From the IMG/VR virus record IMGVR_UViG_3300037804_000367, positions 64,787 through 128,786 of that record: a stretch of DNA of 64,000 nt; one strand, given 5' to 3'. This document shows positions 44,265 to 53,121 of this stretch, piece after piece. Under the pieces are notes generated by a model that saw only the letters and a program-made list of their open reading frames with translations, was not told where the DNA came from and ran no database searches. The position numbers and the translations under genes were made by a program. This DNA is from a virus. Within the stretch, counting starts at the first letter, position 1, and every line of letters starts with the position of its first letter.

Positions 44265-46412
44265 CTACTTTAGAAAGTTGTTTTTAATATACTCAGTGCC
44301 TACTGGACCCGTCCAAAGTACGGTTCGTTTGTCATCACTATCTTTGTTTCGTTCAAGTAATACTCTCATCCACTGATATTCTTGTTTTAGTGTTGCAATA
44401 TTCTCCCTAATGTCAGGACGATTGTTAAGCAAACTTTGGAAAGCATTTTGATCATCAGCCACATGTCGATTAGTTATCGTAAATTCGCTCCAATCTTTTA
44501 ACGCACTTGGCTTCCCATTAATAGCAATCAATCCAGTGGAGAACCAATCATCTCCTGGACGGCCTGGATCTAAAGGTGCGCTCATTGAATCATCTTTCAT
44601 TCCATCGAACACATCTTCAAACGATTTCTTTATTTCACAATTAAGATTCATCCAACAAGTTTGTTTGTATGGATTGTCCAACATAGCTTTTGCTTTGTTT
44701 CTCAAAGGCATTTTAGATGAGTTAGTATAATCAATAAAGAAATCTACATTTGAAGATACCCATTTTCTAATATCAGGACTCATGTTTCCAAAATCACAAA
44801 CAGTTAACTTTGCTTTTGGATGGAACTTTCTATGTTGCCTTACCCACCACATGACTAAATGTTCATCAACTTTTGTGGCACCAGTTATGAATGACTTGTC
44901 TGTTTCATTATAAAATTCTTCAATGTTACTAAGCTGAATCTCATCATATACATCAACTAATCCCACAGGATTTACTATTTGAATATGAACATCTGGATAA
45001 TTTTCCTCAACATAATGCTTTATAGTTTTCCAATTCTTAACTATAACTGACATCCAAGAGTGAGATCCTTTATCAACTTTTGCAGTATTAAAGGTGCCTT
45101 TATCATATGAACAATCATGTCCTACTAATATGATTCGTTTGATCCCACAGTACAAAGCAAACTGAAGAGCCTCGAATGAAATAGATCCTACATCATGCAT
45201 ACCCGTAGATATATCAGTTGTCAAAATCTTTGTCTTGTCTTTTGGATAAAAGGCTAACTTCTTAATGGAATAATACTTTGCGTTCTCAATACCTAGTGGC
45301 ATATTTGGATATTTAGAAGTGTCGTATCGTTTACGAATGAATTTTTCCATTGCTGGTACATATTCATTGTATGTCTTGCGATCACTATTGTATCCTCTGC
45401 TCTTATAACCCGCATCGCCAATAAAATAATAATCTAATTTAACATCTTTATTATGAACAAACTCATTAGAACCTATTCGTATAATGTTTTTATTAACTTT
45501 TGAATCATCATATTGTTTTACAGTGGGACCACTGCCAAATAAAATAGCTGTTTCGCCACAATGTTTATTTTTAAAAGTGTTAAAGTCAGCAAACTCAGTA
45601 TTTTCATATGCTTTGTCAAACTCTGACATGTCATCAAACACTATTTCACCACCAGAAATCTTAACTGTCAAGTCGTCTTTATAGAATCTCAACAGTTCTG
45701 CTTCACGCATAGACATCTTCTCACAATGACGAGCATTTTGCACTCCGCCCTTTGTACTAGTATGAAATTTATTACTCTTTACAGTAATCATTTCGCAACC
45801 ATACGTGTCAAAGTATTTGTTTACATAGCTCTCGTCATTCCATCTTGGCTCGTAATTTATATTTTTATCAATGCTTTGCCATTCCATTAGCTCAGTACAC
45901 ATTTTTATTATGTGATCTTTTCTACCTCCGAATAAACAAGCGTGATAATAATTATATTGTTTTGTTTTATCTATTTCAATATATGCTTTTGATTTGGGAT
46001 TTGTATCAAAAGAAAATTCGTAGTTTTTTAACCACTGATCGTTCATAAAATGCTCATTGCCAACACGGTCGCCAATACAAAACCAGGACTCGTCAAAGTT
46101 CTGCGACACGCTTGTATCTGCGTCCACATAGAATAGCCAATCAAGATCTTCATCAGATAGCTTTAACATGTGCTCGAATTTGGAATTAGTTGCATCTATC
46201 CATTTTTGATTGGAATATTCAATATGGGTAATGTCTACATCATCAGGAAACATTCTTTCAATACTAACATCTGACACAAAATAGAATTTGATTTTTGCTG
46301 AACCAGTATAAAATCTTTTGAATCTCTTTACGAAATTTATTCCCATAGTAGCATATTTATTAGTAGCTAGTATTATAATTCCAATTGTGTCGTCTTTTTT
46401 ACAAAGGTTCAT
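44265..46412 (-). CDS. three-domain glycosyltransferase: GT6 + Maf/DUF115-like + GT-A-like
   Basis: ATNKY..DAD..NPKSKAYI..YYHACLFGG..NDESYVNKY (GT6); GSGPT..ALQFALYCG..LVGHDC (DUF115/Maf); C-terminal domain paralogous to 42449..43669. Confidence 0.8.
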   Translation of the reverse strand: MNLCKKDDTIGIIILATNKYATMGINFVKRFKRFYTGSAKIKFYFVSDVSIERMFPDDVDITHIEYSNQKWIDATNSKFEHMLKLSDEDLDWLFYVDADTSVSQNFDESWFCIGDRVGNEHFMNDQWLKNYEFSFDTNPKSKAYIEIDKTKQYNYYHACLFGGRKDHIIKMCTELMEWQSIDKNINYEPRWNDESYVNKYFDTYGCEMITVKSNKFHTSTKGGVQNARHCEKMSMREAELLRFYKDDLTVKISGGEIVFDDMSEFDKAYENTEFADFNTFKNKHCGETAILFGSGPTVKQYDDSKVNKNIIRIGSNEFVHNKDVKLDYYFIGDAGYKSRGYNSDRKTYNEYVPAMEKFIRKRYDTSKYPNMPLGIENAKYYSIKKLAFYPKDKTKILTTDISTGMHDVGSISFEALQFALYCGIKRIILVGHDCSYDKGTFNTAKVDKGSHSWMSVIVKNWKTIKHYVEENYPDVHIQIVNPVGLVDVYDEIQLSNIEEFYNETDKSFITGATKVDEHLVMWWVRQHRKFHPKAKLTVCDFGNMSPDIRKWVSSNVDFFIDYTNSSKMPLRNKAKAMLDNPYKQTCWMNLNCEIKKSFEDVFDGMKDDSMSAPLDPGRPGDDWFSTGLIAINGKPSALKDWSEFTITNRHVADDQNAFQSLLNNRPDIRENIATLKQEYQWMRVLLERNKDSDDKRTVLWTGPVGTEYIKNNFLK

Positions 46413-46424
46413 ATTAATCTCCTG

Positions 46425-46775
46425 TTACCCTTCTGAACCTAAATCAAAACCACCGCCAAGTGGAAATGACATCTGTCCCTGATCGGTTTGATCCAACCAT
46501 GCAACATGAAAGTCTTTGTTAAGATCAGCAATTCGTAAAATAGTCCCTTTCATTCCTCTTCTTTTTTCACCAGGTACTAAAGAGTTCAATTTAAGGTCAT
46601 GTATACGGTTACTGGCTTTGATCCACAAATGACATCTAGGTGCAAGAAAAACATTGTTTTCTGCATCCTTCATAGTAAGAACATCTACCTGTCCATTTAC
46701 ATTTAATCTATAACGAATCTTTCCTTCGCAGTACTCATCAGTGACTTTCCACTCTTCAACAAAATATTTATACAC
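46425..46775 (-). CDS. hypothetical protein
   Basis: GTG start with AAAGGA SD. Confidence 0.65.
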   Translation of the reverse strand: MYKYFVEEWKVTDEYCEGKIRYRLNVNGQVDVLTMKDAENNVFLAPRCHLWIKASNRIHDLKLNSLVPGEKRRGMKGTILRIADLNKDFHVAWLDQTDQGQMSFPLGGGFDLGSEG

Positions 46776-46824
46776 GTGCTTTCCTTTTTATGTTTATATA
46801 TAATCCCACTGCAGTAAATCTTTG

Positions 46825-47037
46825 TTACCACAAGTGCCAGGTTTCATCAAGAATAATTCCATCTAATCTCAGATGTCTAATGCCCTGATCTGATATATTT
46901 AAAATTATATTATCAGGATAACTATCATCATCCACAGAATAAAAGGTTACAGATAGGTCACTCTGCCATTGATCTAATGATTTTATAATACCTACTGAAT
47001 CAAATGCAGGGACGCGATACTTTTCCATTTCCATCAT
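46825..47037 (-). CDS. hypothetical protein
   Basis: ORF in gene train. Confidence 0.6.
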   Translation of the reverse strand: MMEMEKYRVPAFDSVGIIKSLDQWQSDLSVTFYSVDDDSYPDNIILNISDQGIRHLRLDGIILDETWHLW

Positions 47038-47044
47038 AACCGTC

Positions 47045-47236
47045 CTACTTGCTTTTTAAATACAGACAATCCTTGTCTCTGAAACAATCCAAGTGTGATA
47101 TAATTCCGAAGCCTTCTGATTGAGTCTTCTTCATGAGTTCATGTTTATTGATCTGAACATAATCGTTCATGTAATCGATCCACATAAAAACTCTACCTTT
47201 GTTCGCAACAGCATTTACTAATGAGTCGTATATCAT
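47045..47236 (-). CDS. hypothetical protein
   Basis: ORF in gene train. Confidence 0.6.
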   Translation of the reverse strand: MIYDSLVNAVANKGRVFMWIDYMNDYVQINKHELMKKTQSEGFGIISHLDCFRDKDCLYLKSK

Positions 47237-47248
47237 TTTGGTGTTTTC

Positions 47249-47635
47249 CTATTTAATATTGTTAAAATAATTGGTTAAATCGTTGACGTTATAATAATGC
47301 ATAGCATGTTTAGTTATTATTTCATTTGATGTTGACTGCCACGTATGTGTCTTCCTATCTAAACACTTCTTATAAATGTCAACATACAAGTCGCTAAAAT
47401 TTAATGTTTGATCTATTTTAGGCAATTCGATATCGTGTTCGGTTGCAAATTGTCTAATCGAAAGATAACCTTCAAACTTTTGATTTGGGCAATTAAGTTC
47501 AACTTCAAAGTCGGTTCCGCAACCATTCCACATTGTGATTTGAAAGCCACATTTATATGATACGGGCCATGCATGAAACCCACTTTCAGGTTGTTCATCA
47601 GACTTTGTTGCATTACAATGAGGACATACTATCAT
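47249..47635 (-). CDS. hypothetical protein
   Basis: CPHC N-terminus. Confidence 0.65.
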   Translation of the reverse strand: MIVCPHCNATKSDEQPESGFHAWPVSYKCGFQITMWNGCGTDFEVELNCPNQKFEGYLSIRQFATEHDIELPKIDQTLNFSDLYVDIYKKCLDRKTHTWQSTSNEIITKHAMHYYNVNDLTNYFNNIK

Positions 47636-48378
47636 TTCTTTTTATCCTTTCTGAATGAATATTTATCAAACCCTTTAGATTCAGCAACTACTTTATCACC
47701 ACCGACTGGCATCTTTGGATCTGTTAGTGCAGTAAGTGTATTACCAATGAACATATCTATTTCTTGAAAAGTGGTATATGGATCCAAAATACTTGCGAAG
47801 CTAATATCCTTTAAACATGGATTAGTATTCAAGAAGAACGTACGGTGACTTTGATCAAATTTAAAATACGGAACATTGTATTCTATGAACAAATCTTGTA
47901 CAAAACGATTACTTGCATACTCATCAAATGGTTTAGCGTCATCCTTTTCAACAGCTTTAAAATCAGGTCGCCAATGCCATCCGCCTTTTTTAACAACACA
48001 ATACTCGTGTTTGTTTGAAGATGAAATTACTTTTAGTACTGATTTACCATAAGAAGGATCTTCGATAATATAGTAACGATACAACTTTCCGCAGAAAAAT
48101 AAACATACTCGTTCTACGTCAACGCTGAGAATTTCTCTTTTGTTAAATTTAGTTGACATTAATGACCAAGTAGTATATACTTCTCGTGGAAAGTCAGGCA
48201 ACATGTCTTTGTAGACATATATGTTAACACGGTGAGAAGTATAATCATACATCTTCTGTTTCGGCAAATCTTTGATTTCGACTCGTTCGTTTTTACGAAC
48301 AAATCTAAAATCATCTTTGTCGTAGTATTGGGCCGCCACTCCGTCGTAATAATCTTTAAATTTTGAATGTATAATCAT
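47632..48378 (-). CDS. hypothetical phage protein
   Basis: MII..KFKDYYDG...NP.LKD..F..ILDPY..FQEI.M...ESKGFD..SFRK; first gene after promoter. Confidence 0.8.
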   Translation of the reverse strand: MIIHSKFKDYYDGVAAQYYDKDDFRFVRKNERVEIKDLPKQKMYDYTSHRVNIYVYKDMLPDFPREVYTTWSLMSTKFNKREILSVDVERVCLFFCGKLYRYYIIEDPSYGKSVLKVISSSNKHEYCVVKKGGWHWRPDFKAVEKDDAKPFDEYASNRFVQDLFIEYNVPYFKFDQSHRTFFLNTNPCLKDISFASILDPYTTFQEIDMFIGNTLTALTDPKMPVGGDKVVAESKGFDKYSFRKDKKK

Positions 48379-48399
48379 ATCAAAACTCCTTTTTTGTTT

Positions 48400-48440
48400 A
48401 ACTACCTTATTACTATACTACGTTAAATTTAAAAGTCAAC
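48400..48440 (-). promoter_or_regulatory. sigma70-type early promoter
   Basis: TTGACT...CGTAGTATAGTAATAAGGTAG. Confidence 0.75.
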
Positions 48441-48723
48441 TACTAAATGCAGAAATCGGCTCAGAAAACATTACTGGAAAATGTTTCTTAATGGTCGCAC
48501 AAAGATCGAATACATCGGAAAATGTTTTCATTTCAAAGTCTTCTCCATTATCATTTTGATCATAGGTACAAATCCAAATATCAGTCTTTGAATCAACATG
48601 TGCTGTGATAAGAAGAGTTTCATCACCTACTTGTTTGAAATAATCTCCGTGACTGTCCTTCTCAAAGGCTTGCTTTGATATTAAATCGAACAGTGATACA
48701 ACATTTTTATTACAGGCTTTCAT
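48436..48723 (-). CDS. hypothetical protein
   Basis: ORF in gene train. Confidence 0.6.
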   Translation of the reverse strand: MKACNKNVVSLFDLISKQAFEKDSHGDYFKQVGDETLLITAHVDSKTDIWICTYDQNDNGEDFEMKTFSDVFDLCATIKKHFPVMFSEPISAFSS

Positions 48724-48973
48724 AGTATTCCTTTTTGAGGTTTGAATCTTTATTTAATTGTTCAACAGTTTCAAAATCAAAGTCTCCAAATGGAACTCGA
48801 CCAAACTCTTGTACAAACGTTATTATGTCCATCATAGAATAACCGTCAATCCATGATTCACTAACATCACTATGAGTGACTTCCGAATCTCTGATACATG
48901 CTGAATACACTTCCCAAAATATTGACGAGGTGTCTAGTTCTTTTTGGAACAATTCTTTGGTACGAACTTCCAT
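48710..48973 (-). CDS. hypothetical acidic protein
   Basis: GGAG SD. Confidence 0.65.
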   Translation of the reverse strand: MEVRTKELFQKELDTSSIFWEVYSACIRDSEVTHSDVSESWIDGYSMMDIITFVQEFGRVPFGDFDFETVEQLNKDSNLKKEYYESL

Positions 48974-49027
48974 TTAAATCAACTCCAGTTTTGGTTTCAT
49001 AGTATTATCACTGATAATCACATAAAA

Positions 49028-49062
49028 TAAAAAAGAATCTAATAAAATTAGATTCTTTTTTA
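49028..49062. terminator. intrinsic terminator
   Basis: AAAAAGAATCTAAT-aaa-ATTAGATTCTTTTT. Confidence 0.75.
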
Positions 49063-49063
49063 G

Positions 49064-49273
49064 TTATTTGTTGACGTTTTTGTATTGAGTATTTCGATAA
49101 CGCTTCCATGTCTTTGTGTTATCTCCTCGCTGATGACCATCACACGAGCAGCAAAAACAGAATCTCCATCTAGGGCATTTCATTCCATACTCTCCTGAGA
49201 TGCGATATTTATCTGTGGCACGTTCGTGTTTAAGTAATGTCTCATACTTATCATACTCTTCGTAGTCTATCAT
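49064..49273 (-). CDS. small protein, WKxxRxTQY family
   Basis: CPRWRFCFCCSC...TWKRYRNTQYK. Confidence 0.75.
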   Translation of the reverse strand: MIDYEEYDKYETLLKHERATDKYRISGEYGMKCPRWRFCFCCSCDGHQRGDNTKTWKRYRNTQYKNVNK

Positions 49274-49327
49274 AATGTAACTCCTTTGTTTATAGTTACC
49301 TCATGATGTACCTCCTATTAATTTATA

Positions 49328-49729
49328 TTATCGTCTCGTTTTAAATAATTTACTAACTTCTCGTGATGACAGCTTCGTCCAATTTTTGGTAATGTTATCA
49401 AATTCCTTATCAGCATGTAAGATATGTTCGCTCTTATCTCCAATATTTAAATCACTATGTGGAACAATAACTCTTCCAGTTGTACGAATATATCCAGGTC
49501 CCCAATCAGGTGCAAGTTCAACTGTACTGACTTTGAAAACAGGTCCGTCTGAAAATCGTTTCCCAACTCTCCATTGATTTTGCTCTACGGTTTGTTGAGC
49601 AAGTAGATTAAAATACGTTTCTTTAAGAGTGTCTTTTACATCTTCAAAATGTTTTGTGATTTTACTGAAGTGGTGGAAGTTATTAGTTACTAGATCCAAG
49701 TGGTTCTTTACATCTGTGAGTTGTTCCAT
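49328..49729 (-). CDS. hypothetical protein
   Basis: GGAG SD. Confidence 0.7.
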   Translation of the reverse strand: MEQLTDVKNHLDLVTNNFHHFSKITKHFEDVKDTLKETYFNLLAQQTVEQNQWRVGKRFSDGPVFKVSTVELAPDWGPGYIRTTGRVIVPHSDLNIGDKSEHILHADKEFDNITKNWTKLSSREVSKLFKTRR

Positions 49730-49754
49730 GATATAATCTCCGAGAGGTTAAAGG

Positions 49755-50099
49755 TTATAATGATTGTTCATCACGTCTTTGGTATCCTTTCACCTGTTCT
49801 CGTTGTTTCAATCTCCTTAAAAAGAAGATTAATTCTCTAGGATCAAGTGCTCGTGATTCCAATAAAGGATATTCATCAACGCTTATAATATATTTACTAT
49901 CTTCTAGTCCAAAATACTCGTGGTCAGAGCAAGCAGATGCTAAAACAAACAAAGTGCCGGTAAAGAAATCAATAACAAACTTCTCAATATCATTGTCATC
50001 ATACCTGCTAAATAAAAAATCAATTGCGGGAGGATGAATACTTTTTATATCAGTCAATAATTGAAGAGCTAGTTGCTCAGCGGCCTCTGATTCCATCAT
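49755..50099 (-). CDS. hypothetical protein
   Basis: ORF in gene train. Confidence 0.65.
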   Translation of the reverse strand: MMESEAAEQLALQLLTDIKSIHPPAIDFLFSRYDDNDIEKFVIDFFTGTLFVLASACSDHEYFGLEDSKYIISVDEYPLLESRALDPRELIFFLRRLKQREQVKGYQRRDEQSL

Positions 50100-50583
50100 A
50101 TTTCCCTTTTGAATATCTTTTAATTTCTAAAAGTCCGCCTTTTAAAATATCTCTCAATCTAATTTGTTCAGTTTTAAACTCTTCGTCAACAAGCTTTGCT
50201 AATATCAAAGTCTTGTAAATCAAACTAACATCATCCGGAAAGGCCCAATAGAATCCATGTGGATCAATTCTCGTTATTGTGTCTTCTTGTTGCTGTACCA
50301 AATGATCTTTTATCTTATTATAAAAGTACATTCCATCATCTTCTACTGGCTCGAGAGTGACCTTAGCAAACTTTGACACCCTTTGCCAATCAACTTTCTC
50401 TTCAAGATCGACATACATATCATTTTGAGTTTGCTCATATTGTGTCCTTTGCTTCACAGCTCCTAAAAAGGTAGGAGAAGTGAATCGCTTTTCATTACAG
50501 ACAGCAATGAAAGTTTTAGACTCCACACATAACATTACATTAGGTATGGCATCTGAGGACATGTCTATAATTTTTGTGTTCAA
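50077..50583 (-). CDS. hypothetical protein
   Basis: ORF in gene train. Confidence 0.65.
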   Translation of the reverse strand: MNTKIIDMSSDAIPNVMLCVESKTFIAVCNEKRFTSPTFLGAVKQRTQYEQTQNDMYVDLEEKVDWQRVSKFAKVTLEPVEDDGMYFYNKIKDHLVQQQEDTITRIDPHGFYWAFPDDVSLIYKTLILAKLVDEEFKTEQIRLRDILKGGLLEIKRYSKGKYDGIRGR

Positions 50584-50594
50584 GCGTGTGATTC

Positions 50595-51119
50595 CTAGAG
50601 AGCATTTACTTTTTTGTAAATGAGATTGAGTTCCTCAGCTTGGTGTACAGCATCAGCCATTGCATTATGGAGTTCTTTGTTCTTTGGCATGTCACGTTCA
50701 ATAGGAAGTTTGAATACAGTTCTAAATTCTCTGAGCATCCAAAATTGCCAAGGTAGTTTAATGTCATAACTTTCATAAGCATTCTCTAATAAATTAAAAT
50801 CAAAAGATCCTTTACTCCAAAACTCATCAATCCTTTTACCTTTAATGAATTTCTTTAATCCACGAAGTCCTTCTTCGAGATCTTCATCTCCGATAATATC
50901 ATACAAACTTACTTCTTGTCTGAACCAAAAGGCTAATGTAGAAGCAGTTGCGGAACGGTTTTCTTGACTGCCAACATTCATTCTTGATTCAAAAGTTTCC
51001 ATCATTCCATTTTCATCGAATATGACAGCTCCGATTTGAATGATTACAGCGTCATTTGCCGTGCCTAATGTTTCTATATCAATCATGCATCGTTTTACTG
51101 GCTTATCTTCTTCAGACAT
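50595..51119 (-). CDS. DEDD 3'-5' exonuclease/exoribonuclease (DUF5051-like)
   Basis: MIDIETLG...IQIGAV...WSKGSFDF...LREFRT...HNAMADA..QA. Confidence 0.88.
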   Translation of the reverse strand: MSEEDKPVKRCMIDIETLGTANDAVIIQIGAVIFDENGMMETFESRMNVGSQENRSATASTLAFWFRQEVSLYDIIGDEDLEEGLRGLKKFIKGKRIDEFWSKGSFDFNLLENAYESYDIKLPWQFWMLREFRTVFKLPIERDMPKNKELHNAMADAVHQAEELNLIYKKVNAL

Positions 51120-51188
51120 AGTTTAAATCCTTTTTAGTTGTTATGTTATTATCACAATAACAACTAAAAAGTTTATTCAGATTGGAAT

Positions 51189-51896
51189 TTAAAGGGAATT
51201 AATCAATGACACTACATCTTCTGTGGGAATAATGAATGCTACTCCGTCACCGTTTACTTTATATGAACATATCCCTACTACTTGACCGAGTACATTGAAT
51301 ACAGGGCCTCCACTATTACCAGGATTGATAGGAGTATCAACTTGAATTACTTTTGTTGGCCAAGGTGAAACTCTATTCAACGTTTTGTTGATATCTTGGT
51401 GAACAGCTGACACAATTCCTGATGTTATACTGAAAGGTGAGCCGTACGGGTGTCCTATTGCAAATACTCTTGACCCGACATTTGGATACTTTACAACGTA
51501 CTTGCATTGCTTAAAATGTCTAAGTGGACTTACGATAGGAATGATGATTGCTAAATCAGTCGCAACGTTTCTCTTCAATACCTTGCATTCATATTTGACA
51601 TCACTGCCTTTGAATTCAATGAATATTTTTTGAGACCACATCGGATGAACTGACACTACATGGTTAGCAGTAATAATATGATACTTGTCATTCCAGAAAA
51701 TTCCAGTACCTGTAGATTGAGAAACTAAGTTTCCTAAATAATTTACATTGTAAATTTTAACAATGCGTTTGCATTGTTCTTGGTACATTTCATTAACGAC
51801 AGTGTCTTGCGCTAACATTAATTTTTGATTTTTGGACAGATGTTGACATCCAAACACGAATAATAAAACTATTAAACAACTGGCTATTCTTTTCAT
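51189..51896 (-). CDS. trypsin-like (HtrA/DegP-type) serine protease, lipoprotein, no PDZ
   Basis: Lipobox LFVFGC; TANHVV, DLAII, INPGNSGGP. Confidence 0.9.
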   Translation of the reverse strand: MKRIASCLIVLLFVFGCQHLSKNQKLMLAQDTVVNEMYQEQCKRIVKIYNVNYLGNLVSQSTGTGIFWNDKYHIITANHVVSVHPMWSQKIFIEFKGSDVKYECKVLKRNVATDLAIIIPIVSPLRHFKQCKYVVKYPNVGSRVFAIGHPYGSPFSITSGIVSAVHQDINKTLNRVSPWPTKVIQVDTPINPGNSGGPVFNVLGQVVGICSYKVNGDGVAFIIPTEDVVSLINSL

Positions 51897-51953
51897 AAAT
51901 ATCTCCTTCAGAGTTATTTATAGATATAGCCAGTGCAAGTTTAATTTTCGATC

Positions 51954-52235
51954 TTAATCCCAGTGTACGCCTAGTCTATTTCCCTTTTTGTCGTACTGTC
52001 TAATTATGATCTTGGAGTATCCTAAATATTCAAGATAATTTGTCATGGTATAAATTTGATGTTCATCAAATACACAATCGAACCCAACTGTTGTCGAGCC
52101 ATGATACTTATCACCTTCGCGTATCATGCTGATAATTTTGTCTTGAAGTAAACTTAGAACGAAGCATGCATCTTCGTTGAGTTGAGTCTTGAGATTTTTA
52201 CATTGAAGCTGTCTAGCTTCGGCTGCGGTAATCAT
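51954..52235 (-). CDS. hypothetical protein
   Basis: GGAG SD. Confidence 0.7.
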   Translation of the reverse strand: MITAAEARQLQCKNLKTQLNEDACFVLSLLQDKIISMIREGDKYHGSTTVGFDCVFDEHQIYTMTNYLEYLGYSKIIIRQYDKKGNRLGVHWD

Positions 52236-52251
52236 AATGATCTCCTAAAAG

Positions 52252-52539
52252 TTATTTAGTTATCCAAATTATAAGTATTATTACAACAATACTTATTGCA
52301 GAAATAAATTGTAGCATAGTCATTGATTTATATTTTCGTTGTTTATTTGGATCAAAATGAAGTTCTTCATATTGATGCACAACCCAATTCCAATAAGGTT
52401 CAGTTGACTTAGATTCAATCCACTTGTCAATTGTAAATTTCTGATCTTGCGATCCTCTATCCTTTACCCAGTAATTCAGGTACTGTAGATCGTCAGTAAG
52501 TATTTTATTTTTACGTGACATAAGTATGTTTTCGAACAC
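52252..52539 (-). CDS. hypothetical membrane-anchored protein
   Basis: C-terminal TM segment. Confidence 0.6.
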   Translation of the reverse strand: MFENILMSRKNKILTDDLQYLNYWVKDRGSQDQKFTIDKWIESKSTEPYWNWVVHQYEELHFDPNKQRKYKSMTMLQFISAISIVVIILIIWITK

Positions 52540-52660
52540 GGTTCGTATACAATAACTCCTTGTTTCAGTTAAATAAAACGTATACTATTTCAACAATATA
52601 CATTTCCCAACTGCCGTTTTAAATAGCAGTTATGATAATTATTTATCACTTTTTCACAAT

Positions 52661-53011
52661 TTAATTATCACGATCGTGGTTTGAACGATAGCTATGCACA
52701 GTCTGGTTGTCTTCCTTTATTGTGGTTTGCGGTTTGAAGTCGCTCAAAGTATGTACATTTTCATTGACCATTTTAGTAAAAAATAAAACTGACCAAGCAA
52801 TAAATTGTGCAAAATTCATCGTTCCTGAAAATACCATATCAAGTGAAAACATACTAATTGTTAGACCAACCATTCCTATCATTGTCGATAATATCATTGT
52901 CCATGAAAAAGCTGTTGTGTCTTTTGTTCTGAATGACTTTCTAATCTGAACCAATAGTCCAATCAGGAACATAAAACTCACTCCACCTATTACCATATCT
53001 TGCCAAACCAT
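52661..53011 (-). CDS. PQ-loop/SemiSWEET-like three-TM membrane protein
   Basis: LLVQIRKSFRTKDT.AFSW pattern. Confidence 0.6.
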   Translation of the reverse strand: MVWQDMVIGGVSFMFLIGLLVQIRKSFRTKDTTAFSWTMILSTMIGMVGLTISMFSLDMVFSGTMNFAQFIAWSVLFFTKMVNENVHTLSDFKPQTTIKEDNQTVHSYRSNHDRDN

Positions 53012-53081
53012 AAATTCAATCCTTGTTTATTATCATACTGTATTTTCGTAAGGATCGTATCAAATGTAAACGAAAAAAGAC

Positions 53082-53106
53082 AATCTCATCAAGAGATTGT
53101 CTTTTA
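53082..53106. terminator. intrinsic terminator
   Basis: AAAAAAGACAATCTC-loop-GAGATTGTCTTTT. Confidence 0.8.
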
Positions 53107-53121
53107 TAAATTTTGGGGTTG

